A DNA stretch of 57,885 nt from contig JAYNIA010000010.1 in NCBI GenBank assembly GCA_038108555.1, positions 1-57,885 on the forward strand, written 5' to 3'. Source of the DNA: Nitrospinota bacterium. GTDB lineage: Bacteria > Nitrospinota > Nitrospinia > Nitrospinales > VA-1. Position numbers and translations under genes: made by a program. Under the pieces are notes generated by a model, which was not told where the DNA came from, did no database searches, and worked only from the letters and a program-made list of their open reading frames with translations. Each line of letters begins with the position of its first letter. Positions within the stretch are counted from its first letter, which is position 1. Below are positions 37,403 through 47,515 of this stretch, piece after piece.

Positions 37403-40400
37403 CTATGATATTTTCTGGGTGGGGAGAGATTTCTGGCAGGATTCATTCAGTTCCCAGGCATTCCGATAGGTATCGTCTTGTTTTATAACCTTTTCAAGGA
37501 ATGGAATTGCTTTATTGCATTTATTAAGGAGAACATATATTTCAGCCAAAATAAATTGGAGATGAATTTCATCGGGGTCAATCAGGTTGTAACGACCTCC
37601 ATACATTAATACTTCTCTGGCTTCCCCCAAACCACGGTAGCTGTATACAATGCTCTGCAAAACTTTGAGGTTCATTTGATCTTTTTCAAGTAAAGGAATG
37701 GAATATTCCAATGATCTTAAATATTCTTTTTTCAAGTTGTAATACTCTGCAAGTGACCTTTGGAGAACTGGATCTTCCGGATTTTTTTCTACTTCCTTTA
37801 ACAAACTCACAAGCCCAATTTCACGCATAACCGTGCTCATTTGTTGCGGATCATATTTTGCTGTGTTTTGGAAATAGTTAAGGGCCTCTTCTTTTTTTCC
37901 GGTTTCAAGTAAGTTATATCCCATATAAAGATTCGCGAAACCCAGGTTGGGATTTTTATTTAAAACCAGCTGAAGAATTTCCATACTTTGTTCATAATTG
38001 CCGATCTGGTAAAAACTATGAGCCAGATTCAGCATGTACTGAAGATTGTCCGGCTCTTCTTCAATAAGCTGGGTCAATCGTTGCATTTGTTTGCGATCGG
38101 CTTGCAGGTGATATCGGAAGAGGTCGTCATCTTCAACCAAGGTCATAGCTTTTAGGAGCTGGCCCCGGTTGCTATACATCACCCCTCTTTGGTAAAGGTC
38201 CATCGCGTCATAGTGAAGTTTCAGTTTTTGGCGATCTTCTTCTGAAAGGTTTGTGATTTCCATGGCGATATCATCAAACCGGGCTCGGTTGAAAACATAT
38301 CTTTCCTGCCCGGGGACTCCGATGACATCTCCAAGGTCAAGATAGAATTCGATCGCAGGATGGTTATCTGTAATCAGGGGATATCCCTCCCCAAGTTGGA
38401 TCACTTGTTCGTTAAGCAGCCAGATATTACTCAGAAAGGAATATATGTCTGGAATTTCAATATCTGTTAATGCTTTTTTAACTTCGGGTTCCTGCAACCG
38501 TTCGTTTAATTTATGAAAATCTATTTTGATAGGTTGGTCAGACCCTATAATGAGAATTTCATTTGCAACTGAAAGCCAACCCATCGTATAGGGGAAAACA
38601 GATTGAAAAGTTTTAAAGTGCATCGCAACTTCTTTTTCACCCTGGCTGTGCAGAGGAATCCATTGCGCCGCAATGCCTCCCGGTTTCAGTTTGCTTTTTT
38701 GTAACTCATAGTATTCTTGTGTATACAGGTTTACGGTAAAAGCGGTTCTTGGTGGCGGCGGTTCTGAAGTGATCACGTCATAAAGTTTATGGGTGGTCAG
38801 TAAATGATTCCTTCCATCCTGAATTACAAAATTTACTTTTGGGTTAGACAGGACATTGTGATTTTGGTCTGCGAACATTTTTCCGGCACTTATAACACTG
38901 GAGGATAGTTCCAGACTATCGACGGTTTTTACTCGTGGGTGAATTCCGGCGGCTCCTGTGGTTTGTCCGGTCCCAAAACAAACGACGAGAACATCATCGG
39001 GTTCGTCTACCAGAAGAATCGGCACATGCGCGAAAAGTTTCATGTACCGGGTAGCGATCATGTTAGAAGCAGACATGGAAATGCCGTTCGTAATCAACCT
39101 TTTGGCCGACGGATCCAACACTCCATATTCATCCTTAAACACCGCGACCGTATCGGATAAACCTTCCTCAAAATAAATCAGTTTATTGATGTTCCTTTTT
39201 CCCGCGCTATCGCGCATAAAAAATGTATTCAACAAGTCGTTGGGAATCGACACATTAATGAAAAGAATCAGCGCAACAAATATGACCGTCATTCCCTTCC
39301 TTACTGCTGGTGTTAAATAGTCCCCGGTGCGGAATAGAAGGACCATGGTAAAGAAATTTATCGTTGCCAGCAGGGTAAGGCTGGCTTGGCTTCCAAAGTG
39401 CGGCAGGAATAGGAAACCGGAAAAAAGGGCGCCGAAAATGGCACCCAGGGTATTGGCGGCATAAATCTGGCCGGTTGATTGTCCTAAATTTTCCTGTTTA
39501 TTCGAAATAAGCTGAATAAGCAGGGGAAAACACATTCCCAAAAGTAGAGTGGGAACCAGCATGAGGCCTGCAGAATCCCTAAAATAAATCCAGAAAGCAA
39601 CAACCGGATTTCCAAGGTTGTAAGCATTCCAGGGTGGGGAAAGAATAGACTCTATTTCATAAATAGAGCCGATGATATAAATCCCCACGCCCCCTTGCAA
39701 TGCAATGAGGATAGAACGCAAATTGGTTATTTTGGATAAAAGTGGAATCAGCAACAAACTTCCCAGAAAAATTCCCATTAAGAAAACAGTGAGCATCATG
39801 CTAAATGAATAAACGGTGCTGGCGATACTGAAGACCAATAGTCGGGTCCATAAAACTTCATAGGCAAGGGCGGTGAAACCACAAATGAAACTGATTCCCA
39901 TCCAGAATTTTTGTTCGCGACTCAAACTCATAGAGGGAATTTTAATTTTCGGAAGTTTAAATTCGATCTTTTCCCCATTTTCTTTATAGATGCTCAACGC
40001 GCTAATGCCAATCAACAGGTTTCCTGCAGCAGCCATTAAAACGGTTTGCAAAACCCCAAAAGTACCCATCAAAAAGAATCCGGTTATCAAACAACCCAAG
40101 GCCGCACCCAGAGTGTTGAGGGCGTAAAGGAGGCTAACCTGAGTTCCTATTCTATTGTCCTGAGTAACGCAGTATTTGCTGATGAGGGGCAGAGTGGCTC
40201 CCATAAATGTTGTGGGTACCAACATCAGGGTGAATGAAAAAATAATTTTTATTAAATTTTGTAGTGTCGGGGATTCAGGAATAAAACTATGAAATAGGGA
40301 ATAGAAATCGGCAAAATTTGCAAACAGTAGTGAGAGAAGAGCTCCACTGGCAAAAATCAATATTTCAATCCAACCATAAAAATGAAGGGCGGTCGAAGAA

Positions 40401-40612
40401 TCTGTATTTTGTAATGAAAGCCTGTCGATCGCATAGCCAAAGAGATAGCTGCCAAAACCCAGCCCCGCCATGAAGGCCGCCAGAACTACTGAGACCGAAA
40501 AAACGGTATGCCCGAAAACAAGGGTGAGCATTCGGGTCCATACAATTTCATAAATCAGGGCCGTAATCCCCGATACAAAAAACAAAAAATATACTATTGG
40601 AGAACGCTGCAT
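37403..40612 (-). CDS. Membrane (MFS-like) domain fused to a spermidine synthase-like methyltransferase, with C-terminal TPRs
   Basis: Two SG.TAL.YE.W.R.L / Y..NTLGA membrane repeats; FGTGQT, DGRN.L, YDVI.SEPP, YTQEYY and QWIP motifs; TPR-like helical tail. Confidence 0.88.
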   Translation of the reverse strand: MQRSPIVYFLFFVSGITALIYEIVWTRMLTLVFGHTVFSVSVVLAAFMAGLGFGSYLFGYAIDRLSLQNTDSSTALHFYGWIEILIFASGALLSLLFANFADFYSLFHSFIPESPTLQNLIKIIFSFTLMLVPTTFMGATLPLISKYCVTQDNRIGTQVSLLYALNTLGAALGCLITGFFLMGTFGVLQTVLMAAAGNLLIGISALSIYKENGEKIEFKLPKIKIPSMSLSREQKFWMGISFICGFTALAYEVLWTRLLVFSIASTVYSFSMMLTVFLMGIFLGSLLLIPLLSKITNLRSILIALQGGVGIYIIGSIYEIESILSPPWNAYNLGNPVVAFWIYFRDSAGLMLVPTLLLGMCFPLLIQLISNKQENLGQSTGQIYAANTLGAIFGALFSGFLFLPHFGSQASLTLLATINFFTMVLLFRTGDYLTPAVRKGMTVIFVALILFINVSIPNDLLNTFFMRDSAGKRNINKLIYFEEGLSDTVAVFKDEYGVLDPSAKRLITNGISMSASNMIATRYMKLFAHVPILLVDEPDDVLVVCFGTGQTTGAAGIHPRVKTVDSLELSSSVISAGKMFADQNHNVLSNPKVNFVIQDGRNHLLTTHKLYDVITSEPPPPRTAFTVNLYTQEYYELQKSKLKPGGIAAQWIPLHSQGEKEVAMHFKTFQSVFPYTMGWLSVANEILIIGSDQPIKIDFHKLNERLQEPEVKKALTDIEIPDIYSFLSNIWLLNEQVIQLGEGYPLITDNHPAIEFYLDLGDVIGVPGQERYVFNRARFDDIAMEITNLSEEDRQKLKLHYDAMDLYQRGVMYSNRGQLLKAMTLVEDDDLFRYHLQADRKQMQRLTQLIEEEPDNLQYMLNLAHSFYQIGNYEQSMEILQLVLNKNPNLGFANLYMGYNLLETGKKEEALNYFQNTAKYDPQQMSTVMREIGLVSLLKEVEKNPEDPVLQRSLAEYYNLKKEYLRSLEYSIPLLEKDQMNLKVLQSIVYSYRGLGEAREVLMYGGRYNLIDPDEIHLQFILAEIYVLLNKCNKAIPFLEKVIKQDDTYRNAWELNESCQKSLPTQKIS

Positions 40613-40728
40613 TTTTGAGATTTATAGGTTCAAAACCGATTTGGATAATCCGCGAAGAATTTCCAATCCGTTGCTTTAATAAAGTCTACCTCTATTCCAA
40701 TGAAATGCCCGGCAAACCCTTAAATTAA

Positions 40729-40757
40729 TTGACAATGGCTCAAGCTTCAAGTAATTT
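40729..40757 (+). promoter_or_regulatory. Putative sigma70 promoter TTGACA-17-TAATTT
   Basis: Direct motif match 48 nt upstream of ATG 40806. Confidence 0.55.
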
Positions 40758-40805
40758 TTATATATACCTGACTTTTTTAACAATTTTTGACTGAAGGTTC
40801 TTGTA

Positions 40806-41636
40806 ATGGGGACACCAGAAATAAAGATTGCAGATGCCGACCACCCCTACGCTAAGGAAAATGGGGTTGTTTGGGCTGAAGAGGCCTGGGAAAGGGTCAA
40901 ACATGCACCTGAATTTGTTCGCCCGGGGATTCGAAAACTTATGGTCCAGCGCTGCGTAAAACGTGGATATAAAATTGTTACCTCCGATTTTCTGACAGAA
41001 ATCCGCAATGAATCCATGATGTTGGTTTCAAAAAGGGTCAAAGGTTTTGGTTTTGAAGAGTTGACTATGGATGCTTTTGATGTGGCTAAAGAAAAAATGC
41101 GGGAAAGTCCCCGAAAGGTTGAGGTGATTGAAGAGATCGAAGACTTCCTTTCGATGCGAACAGAGAAAAAAGACGACATCGTAGAAAAATTCAAGAACTA
41201 TATGGAAGTGACCCCCACATCGGGAATCCCCTGGAGTAAGGAAGCCAAGGAAAAAATGGAAAAAGTGCCTCCTTTTGTTTTAGGTATGGCAAAGCAAACC
41301 ATCGAAGGCCGGGCCAGGGAAAGAGGTGACAAAATGATTACGCCCGATATCATTGATGAAGTATTTACCAATATTATGCCGGCTTCCGCAAAGCAGGCCA
41401 TGGGAATGGAAATTACCGAGGAAGACCTTAAGCAGGATGAAGTAATTGAAAAGCAGAAAGAAGAACCGGTTGAGGTTTCCCTGAAATGGGAAGATGATGC
41501 TTTGGAAAAGGTTTCCAAAATTCCTATTCCCTTTATCAGAAATATGGCTGTAAAACGAATCGAGCAGGAAGTCACCAAGGCAGGTGAAGATGTGGTGACA
41601 ATGGAATTGTTCGAAAAATATCGTTTTACTTTTTAA
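40806..41636 (+). CDS. PCP_red-domain repeat protein (three copies of the protochlorophyllide reductase B C-terminal-like domain)
   Basis: Three W..EA...(V/I)P.F(V/I)R....IE..A...G...(V/I)T units. Confidence 0.8.
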   Translation: MGTPEIKIADADHPYAKENGVVWAEEAWERVKHAPEFVRPGIRKLMVQRCVKRGYKIVTSDFLTEIRNESMMLVSKRVKGFGFEELTMDAFDVAKEKMRESPRKVEVIEEIEDFLSMRTEKKDDIVEKFKNYMEVTPTSGIPWSKEAKEKMEKVPPFVLGMAKQTIEGRARERGDKMITPDIIDEVFTNIMPASAKQAMGMEITEEDLKQDEVIEKQKEEPVEVSLKWEDDALEKVSKIPIPFIRNMAVKRIEQEVTKAGEDVVTMELFEKYRFTF

Positions 41637-41644
41637 GCGTGTAA

Positions 41645-42241
41645 TTACTCCTCTTTTCCCGAAGCTAATTTTTGTAATTCGCTCCAGAGTTCTTTTCTAC
41701 CCGTATTATTTTTACTGGAGTAGGTGACGGCTGCCAGTGCATTTTCCCCCATAAAAGCAGATTTAATTATTTTTGTTTGTTTGCTGCGTTCCGTTCCCGA
41801 CAGTTTGTCCGATTTTGTAATTACCAGAATATAATTCCTTCCCATGTCTTCCAGCCATTCTTTTAAAGTCAGGTCCAGCTCTGTGGGCTTGCGGCGGATA
41901 TCGACGATGAATACGATTGCCATGAGGGGTTTCCGATGAATCAAATATTCCTCGATCATCTGTTTCCATTTTTTTTGCATGGCCGGAGTGACCCTTGCAA
42001 ATCCGTAACCCGGAAGGTCGGCAAACATTAATTGTCCATTGATTTTGAAGAAATTTATTTCCCGTGTTTTTCCAGGTGTGGAACTAATTCGTACCAGTTT
42101 TTTCCGATTCAATAGAGATCGAATCAGTGAAGATTTTCCAACATTCGACCTTCCCACAAATGCGAATTCAGGAAAAGATCCCTTGGGATATTGTTTCGAG
42201 GAAACGGCTCCCGTCAAAAATTCGGTATCAACTACTTTCAT
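41645..42241 (-). CDS. engB: Ribosome biogenesis GTPase YihA/YsxC
   Basis: GRSNVGKSS, S.TPGKT, DLPGYG and TKSDK motifs. Confidence 0.96.
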   Translation of the reverse strand: MKVVDTEFLTGAVSSKQYPKGSFPEFAFVGRSNVGKSSLIRSLLNRKKLVRISSTPGKTREINFFKINGQLMFADLPGYGFARVTPAMQKKWKQMIEEYLIHRKPLMAIVFIVDIRRKPTELDLTLKEWLEDMGRNYILVITKSDKLSGTERSKQTKIIKSAFMGENALAAVTYSSKNNTGRKELWSELQKLASGKEE

Positions 42242-42261
42242 GGTTATATTTCTTTTGTCAA

Positions 42262-43557
42262 TTATTTCTCGAACTGGTTAATCACAAGACCTGATAACAG
42301 TTTGGGGTAGAAAAATGTGGCCTTCTGCGGCAAGCGGATTCCTTTGCCCGCCAAACTTCGCACTTCCTTTATTTTTGTGGGATTCATAAAAAAGGCGGCA
42401 TCATATTCTCCCGAATCTACCAGAGCCATAGCTTCTTCGGAATTCACCTTGTAAGAAACATATTGCTGGTTTGACTTTTCTCTCGTATCAATTTTCAAAA
42501 TTTCACGGAGGATAATAGCATGCAATTGCATGACATCTAAAACCTGCAAATCTTTAGGTTCATCATTATCAAGGAGTGGAAGAATATTTTTAGGGTCATT
42601 GGCAATCAGGGTATAGGTATGACCTTTACCCATATAAGCGCAAAATGTAATCGTTCCCCTTCCGAATTCAAGCAGGCGAGACTTTATTTCCTTTCCATTG
42701 ACTTCTGTAGTCCAGGGGATGACATCAAAATATTCACTGGCACGTTTTAAGAAATTCTCCCGGTCAAAGGGGGTCGGACTTTTTACAAGACGATGGATTG
42801 GAAATATGGACATGGAACCGGAATCCATATTGGTCAAAAACATCATTACATGGGAGCAATCAGCAATGGCGTCTTCGTTTTTTTGAGCGAAGGCCAACGC
42901 AGTTTCATATCGATGATGACCATCTGCGATATAGATTTTTTTATCGCGAATCAAATCACTGATTTTTTGATTGTCGTCAGGATTGTCCAGTCTCCAGAGT
43001 TTGTGGACGACCTGATTGTCATCAATTTTGGATAAAGGAATTTGCTTGATGCCTGCATTTAAAATAGGGTCAATTTCCCCTTCCGGGTCAGAATACAATC
43101 CAAATATGGGACTGAAATTTGCGTGGCAGGCATTCAAAAGTTTTGTGCGATCGGTTTTAGCTTTGGAAAGTGTGAATTCGTGTGGGCAAATGTTTCCCTG
43201 ACTGAAGTCTTCTAATTTGACTCGCGCAAAAAATCCAGTTCGACGAAAACTTTCTCCTTCAAACTCATATTCCTGACTGTAAAGATAAAAAGCCGGTTCT
43301 TTATCCCTTTGCAAAACTCCTTTTTGGGTCCATTCCTTAAAAACATTTGCGGACCGAGTGTATCGATTATCGGTTTCCGAATCAGTTTCATATTCTTTAC
43401 CCAGGATGAGCCGCACTACATTGTATGGGTTTTTCTCGTATAAGGCTTCCTGTTGATTAGGGGAAATTACATCATAAGGTGGCGCGATTACCTCTTCGAG
43501 GGGACCCGTGATATCAAGGTTGAATAACAGACCATGAAAAGGAATAACTTCGATCAT
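42262..43557 (-). CDS. DUF1015 family protein
   Basis: APPYDVI, PHE.T, IADGHHRYETA and PQKATFFYPKL.SGL motifs. Confidence 0.9.
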   Translation of the reverse strand: MIEVIPFHGLLFNLDITGPLEEVIAPPYDVISPNQQEALYEKNPYNVVRLILGKEYETDSETDNRYTRSANVFKEWTQKGVLQRDKEPAFYLYSQEYEFEGESFRRTGFFARVKLEDFSQGNICPHEFTLSKAKTDRTKLLNACHANFSPIFGLYSDPEGEIDPILNAGIKQIPLSKIDDNQVVHKLWRLDNPDDNQKISDLIRDKKIYIADGHHRYETALAFAQKNEDAIADCSHVMMFLTNMDSGSMSIFPIHRLVKSPTPFDRENFLKRASEYFDVIPWTTEVNGKEIKSRLLEFGRGTITFCAYMGKGHTYTLIANDPKNILPLLDNDEPKDLQVLDVMQLHAIILREILKIDTREKSNQQYVSYKVNSEEAMALVDSGEYDAAFFMNPTKIKEVRSLAGKGIRLPQKATFFYPKLLSGLVINQFEK

Positions 43558-43628
43558 GTTTTCCTCGCTATAGGAGTTTCCAAACTAGCGAGTATTATAC
43601 AAAAATAAAAGCGATCATTGAAAGCGGC

Positions 43629-44090
43629 TTATAAAGCTTCGCACTGGCATAGCTCACGAATGTAGCGAACCAGTTCATGGATGGTTGAATCGTCAAGCGT
43701 GTTCCCCCATGCAGGCATGCAAGGTGCTCTTCCAACCGATAACCCTCCAAACTTAATGGCTTCAAAAAACTGTTCGTCGGTCCGGGTTTCCAGATATTCC
43801 GCTTTGGTATGGTTTCTTGGGGGAACCGTTAGAAATTTCGCGTTGATTCCATCTCCCTTGCCTTTAATACCATGGCATTGAGCGCAGTACCATTGATAGG
43901 TTTCTCGGGTTTTTTCTGTAACCTTGACCGGCTCTGGAGCTGCCTCTTCTTTAGTAGGGGGGGATGAAATTTCTGCTTTAAGAGGAGGTTTGGGGGACTC
44001 GGTTTCATCAGCCTCTTTTTGACCGCACCCGGCCAAGCCAAGGGCGATCATGAGGATTCCTGAAATAAAAATTAAAAAATTTTTGTTCAT
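43629..44090 (-). CDS. Monoheme cytochrome c lipoprotein
   Basis: Lipobox LAGC, Pro/Glu-rich linker, CAQCH, G.GDG and MPAWG. Confidence 0.88.
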   Translation of the reverse strand: MNKNFLIFISGILMIALGLAGCGQKEADETESPKPPLKAEISSPPTKEEAAPEPVKVTEKTRETYQWYCAQCHGIKGKGDGINAKFLTVPPRNHTKAEYLETRTDEQFFEAIKFGGLSVGRAPCMPAWGNTLDDSTIHELVRYIRELCQCEAL

Positions 44091-44093
44091 GGA

Positions 44094-44741
44094 TCAGCGC
44101 TGTTTTTCTTTTTTAAGAGTCATGATGAACTGTGTGAATCGCAACCGTGTTTCATCATCCATTTTAAAAACCGGCATGCGGCTTTTGTCGGTAAAGATCT
44201 TGGGATCTTTTAACCAATTCGAAACCCAATTGGCCTGCAACCGGTTTCCAGCATCGACCAGGGAGGGACCAGAAATTCCCCCGCGAGGTTTGCCTGCCAG
44301 GTTTAAACTTTGGTGACAGGAAATGCAGCTGAATGTGCGCTCAAACTCGTATTTGGTTTTTGCAATTTGACCTTTGCTTAAAGGGCTACCTTCTTCAACA
44401 GGCAAATCAGGAATTGTAAGGGCCATTAATTCGGTGGTTATTTTTTCAGCTTCCTCTTTGGAAAGGGCCGGATGTTTTTCTCCAGGGGTGCCTTTTAAAA
44501 ACCCGGGACTGTTGATGGTCCCTGCTTTCCGTAGGGTTACCGGGTTTTGAAGATATTCTTTCAACCACGTGCCTTTAAATTTGTCTCCGGCATAAAAAAG
44601 GTCGGGTCCTTCTTTTCCCTTATCTGCTTTAGAGAAACGGTGACAGGTGCTGCATTTCTTATCTTCAATTAAAGAGGCATGAGAATTCAGGGGACTAATT
44701 AATAGCAACCCAAAGATCAGGAGAAAATTAAGTTTGTTCAT
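44094..44741 (-). CDS. Diheme cytochrome c
   Basis: Signal peptide; CSTCH...GPDL and CISCH...GPSL...RMP. Confidence 0.88.
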   Translation of the reverse strand: MNKLNFLLIFGLLLISPLNSHASLIEDKKCSTCHRFSKADKGKEGPDLFYAGDKFKGTWLKEYLQNPVTLRKAGTINSPGFLKGTPGEKHPALSKEEAEKITTELMALTIPDLPVEEGSPLSKGQIAKTKYEFERTFSCISCHQSLNLAGKPRGGISGPSLVDAGNRLQANWVSNWLKDPKIFTDKSRMPVFKMDDETRLRFTQFIMTLKKEKQR

Positions 44742-47515
44742 AATGGCGTGGCTTCATTTGAAGAAGGAAAGGGCTCCGTGTCAGGGCCGTTTTCCGCAGG
44801 TTCTTTTTCATTTGAATCTTTTTCTTTCTTCTGGAAAATGTCATATAGAAATTCAATTATTCCTTCTTCCTTTTTTTCCGGTAAAGATTCTGTTGTCAAG
44901 CTCTCCTCTTTTTTAATCTCGATCTGTTGAGAAGGTTCGGTCGGAAGCTCTACCGGAGCCATGACTAGATTGCCAGATTTGTTTTTCGTCACAAATTGGT
45001 TTTTTTCAACATCATAAAACAGATCTTCATGTGTTCTGGGTTCTCCAAAATCTCGTTCGCGAACCCTGTGCCTTGCGTCATAGGGGAATTCGCGTCGGCT
45101 CAACAATCGGGAAAAATTTAACTCGCGAAGATTGAGTGAACGAAAGGCCCGGTATTGGTTTGAAGGTTCCTGCATTACGGTAATCTCTTCCTTGTTTAAA
45201 AAGCGCGATTCATCCAGCGGGAAAGGGGTTTGTAATTCCTCACCCTGGGGGTCTATCCCTTGTTTTATCTGGAACTCAGATGGAACTTGATGGTTTTGTT
45301 TAAAATTTTCAGAAAACCTGGTGGCATCCAGGATAGATTTTTTTAAAGGGTCGCCGAGTCCAACGGATAAAGCATTCTGATGGCAGCTTTCACAAGAGCG
45401 TACCGTTTTTCGAATGGTGTGTGGTGAGTAATCGGTCCAGATCATTCCCGGAGCGCCGTCAAGTGTTAATGGAGGCTCGGCCCTTTTTAAAGGCATCCCG
45501 GCTGGTCCCGTTTGGTCCGTTATGAAATATTGATATCGAGGTTTTAGAATAGAATATTTCCCTCGCGAGTTTTTTCCCATTATTAAATCAGACCAGGTGG
45601 ATTCTGAAAAAACAGTCCACCAGTAGTCATTAATTTTTTCGAAATCAATTTTTTTCGGAAGGGATTTTGCGGTCAGCCAATCCGGCCATCCATCCCCTTC
45701 ATTGGAAGGTTTAGAAAGGGAAGGGATGGGATCTGATAGATTCCAGTTTTTCCATTTTTCCAGAGCCAAATCTTTTTCCCGAATCACGTGCATACCCCAA
45801 TCTGTTGCCCCCCAGCGTGCATGGCAGGTGGAGCATTCCATCTCTTTCATATGCTTCGAAACCTGATGTGCAATGGAAGGCTTTATATTTTTAAGCAGGG
45901 GTATTTTGTGTTTTTTTCCTGTCACCTTGGAATATAAAATCCGGTCTTTTTTTACTTTCTTTATATGCAGCATCGGGGAGCCACCAGAATTTACCAGCAC
46001 GGTATCTCCCGGTTTAATCTTTTTCTTGAGGTTTGGGTTGAGGTGGGTGCGCTTAATTAATTTTTTTGTTTTTGGGTCTGACTCTATTAAAAGAAATTCT
46101 TCGGGCAGCTTATCCTGGGTTCCATGACAATCTTCACACTTGACCTGAATTCCTGAATGGAGATTTTCGGGCTCAAATTCAGGTTTCATTTCATCGCCAA
46201 TATGACAGTCGATACAATGCATTCCTTTTTCACGATGGATATCAGGAACAAGAAACTCATGATCTTTGCCATATAGAACGGGTTTTTCTGCACTGATTGA
46301 GGCAGGAGCTTCCCTGGGGCGGGAGGGTTTGGCAAACAACCCCTCGAATTCCTGGCCGACTCCGTTGTTATTATGGCAATGTTCGCATTGGACACTGGGA
46401 ACAGCGACCGTAAACTGGTGGAGTACAGGGTAGCCTCTCGGATTATTCAGGGAGTTTTCTGCAAACTTCCTTGAAAACCGGTTTTGGTTTTTGTTTTTAC
46501 TTTGAAGTTTTTGTATGGCTCTGTCGTGTGATAAGGAGATACCATCGTTGGAATAAATCATATGACAGGAAGAACAGCCTGATGCGCGATAGTCTCCCGG
46601 ACGATGCGGACTTTCCGAACCAATATGGCATCGCAGACATTTGGTTTTGAGGAAGCTGTCTACTGCATGACCTTCTGTCGAGCCGGGAAATTCCTGTTCA
46701 TTGTCGTCAGGTTTTAATGAGAAAGGGAGTTCATCGAGAGGTTGTGCTCCCCAAGCATACCGGGTGATGTTAATTGTTCTTTTAGCCGTCGACATGAGCG
46801 ACCGTTCAACTTTTTTCACATGACTTTCATGGCATTTCCCACAGAATCGCGGTGCGTTTTTAGCAGAAGAGGGATTGGGCACCAGTCCCTTATGTGCTTT
46901 GGGTAAGGAGCTTGAACGCCTGTTTCCGCCATGGCAACGAACGCAGGAGAATCTGTGGTTTTTGCTGATCCGTTCAATTCCCTGATGACAGGTATAGCAA
47001 CCGCCTCGTCTTTCCAAATATTCTACTTTCCCATATACATCTTCGATTGAAAAATTAGATTCCTTATAAAACTTTTCAATAAATTTGTTTGAGTCTGCAT
47101 AAGATTGAAACTGCACCCCATCCAATGTTGTTCCCGGGTTCAGGACTTTTTCTGAGTTTTCCTGGAACCCTCTTACACGAAAGAATGGATCTTCAAAATC
47201 GGATGCATCGATTTGAGCTTTTGGGATAGAAGGGGGAACTTCTACCATTTCCTTTTTTGAGAAATTCTTTTCTGGTTGAGGAGCTATTTCTAATTCTTCA
47301 ATGCTTTCTGCTTCTGGTTTGGACTCCATGAAGAAATCTAAAATACCTGTTTCTTCATTTTCATGGTTAACCTGTTCTTCGCTTTTTTTGTCATCAAAAA
47401 AATCGTTTAAATTATTTTCATCCACCATCTGGCCCGCAGAGTGGGTGAGGAAAATACCGAGGCAGAACCCTCCTGTAAGGATCAACGATAAAATTATTCG
47501 CGGTAGTTTTTTCAC
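44738..47515 (-). CDS. Large multiheme cytochrome c (10 CXXCH)
   Basis: CYTCH, CVRCH, CGKCH, CLRCH, CSSCH, CEHCH, CIDCH, CEDCH, CSTCH, CESCH; N-terminal signal/anchor. Confidence 0.9.
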   Translation of the reverse strand: MKKLPRIILSLILTGGFCLGIFLTHSAGQMVDENNLNDFFDDKKSEEQVNHENEETGILDFFMESKPEAESIEELEIAPQPEKNFSKKEMVEVPPSIPKAQIDASDFEDPFFRVRGFQENSEKVLNPGTTLDGVQFQSYADSNKFIEKFYKESNFSIEDVYGKVEYLERRGGCYTCHQGIERISKNHRFSCVRCHGGNRRSSSLPKAHKGLVPNPSSAKNAPRFCGKCHESHVKKVERSLMSTAKRTINITRYAWGAQPLDELPFSLKPDDNEQEFPGSTEGHAVDSFLKTKCLRCHIGSESPHRPGDYRASGCSSCHMIYSNDGISLSHDRAIQKLQSKNKNQNRFSRKFAENSLNNPRGYPVLHQFTVAVPSVQCEHCHNNNGVGQEFEGLFAKPSRPREAPASISAEKPVLYGKDHEFLVPDIHREKGMHCIDCHIGDEMKPEFEPENLHSGIQVKCEDCHGTQDKLPEEFLLIESDPKTKKLIKRTHLNPNLKKKIKPGDTVLVNSGGSPMLHIKKVKKDRILYSKVTGKKHKIPLLKNIKPSIAHQVSKHMKEMECSTCHARWGATDWGMHVIREKDLALEKWKNWNLSDPIPSLSKPSNEGDGWPDWLTAKSLPKKIDFEKINDYWWTVFSESTWSDLIMGKNSRGKYSILKPRYQYFITDQTGPAGMPLKRAEPPLTLDGAPGMIWTDYSPHTIRKTVRSCESCHQNALSVGLGDPLKKSILDATRFSENFKQNHQVPSEFQIKQGIDPQGEELQTPFPLDESRFLNKEEITVMQEPSNQYRAFRSLNLRELNFSRLLSRREFPYDARHRVRERDFGEPRTHEDLFYDVEKNQFVTKNKSGNLVMAPVELPTEPSQQIEIKKEESLTTESLPEKKEEGIIEFLYDIFQKKEKDSNEKEPAENGPDTEPFPSSNEATPL

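Noticed and set aside
40705..40730. GGCAAACC as the start of a c-di-GMP-I riboswitch (also near 676)
   Set aside because: The GNRA-capped stem and downstream conserved elements are missing.
40806..41636. Evidence for chlorophyll synthesis or phototrophy
   Set aside because: Only the small accessory domain is present; there is no nitrogenase-like BchB/BchN catalytic domain or other photosynthesis gene.
41645..43600. DUF1015 and engB as part of the multiheme system
   Set aside because: A separate TATAAT (43599-43594, minus strand) lies in the 71-bp gap before DUF1015, and engB is a housekeeping gene.
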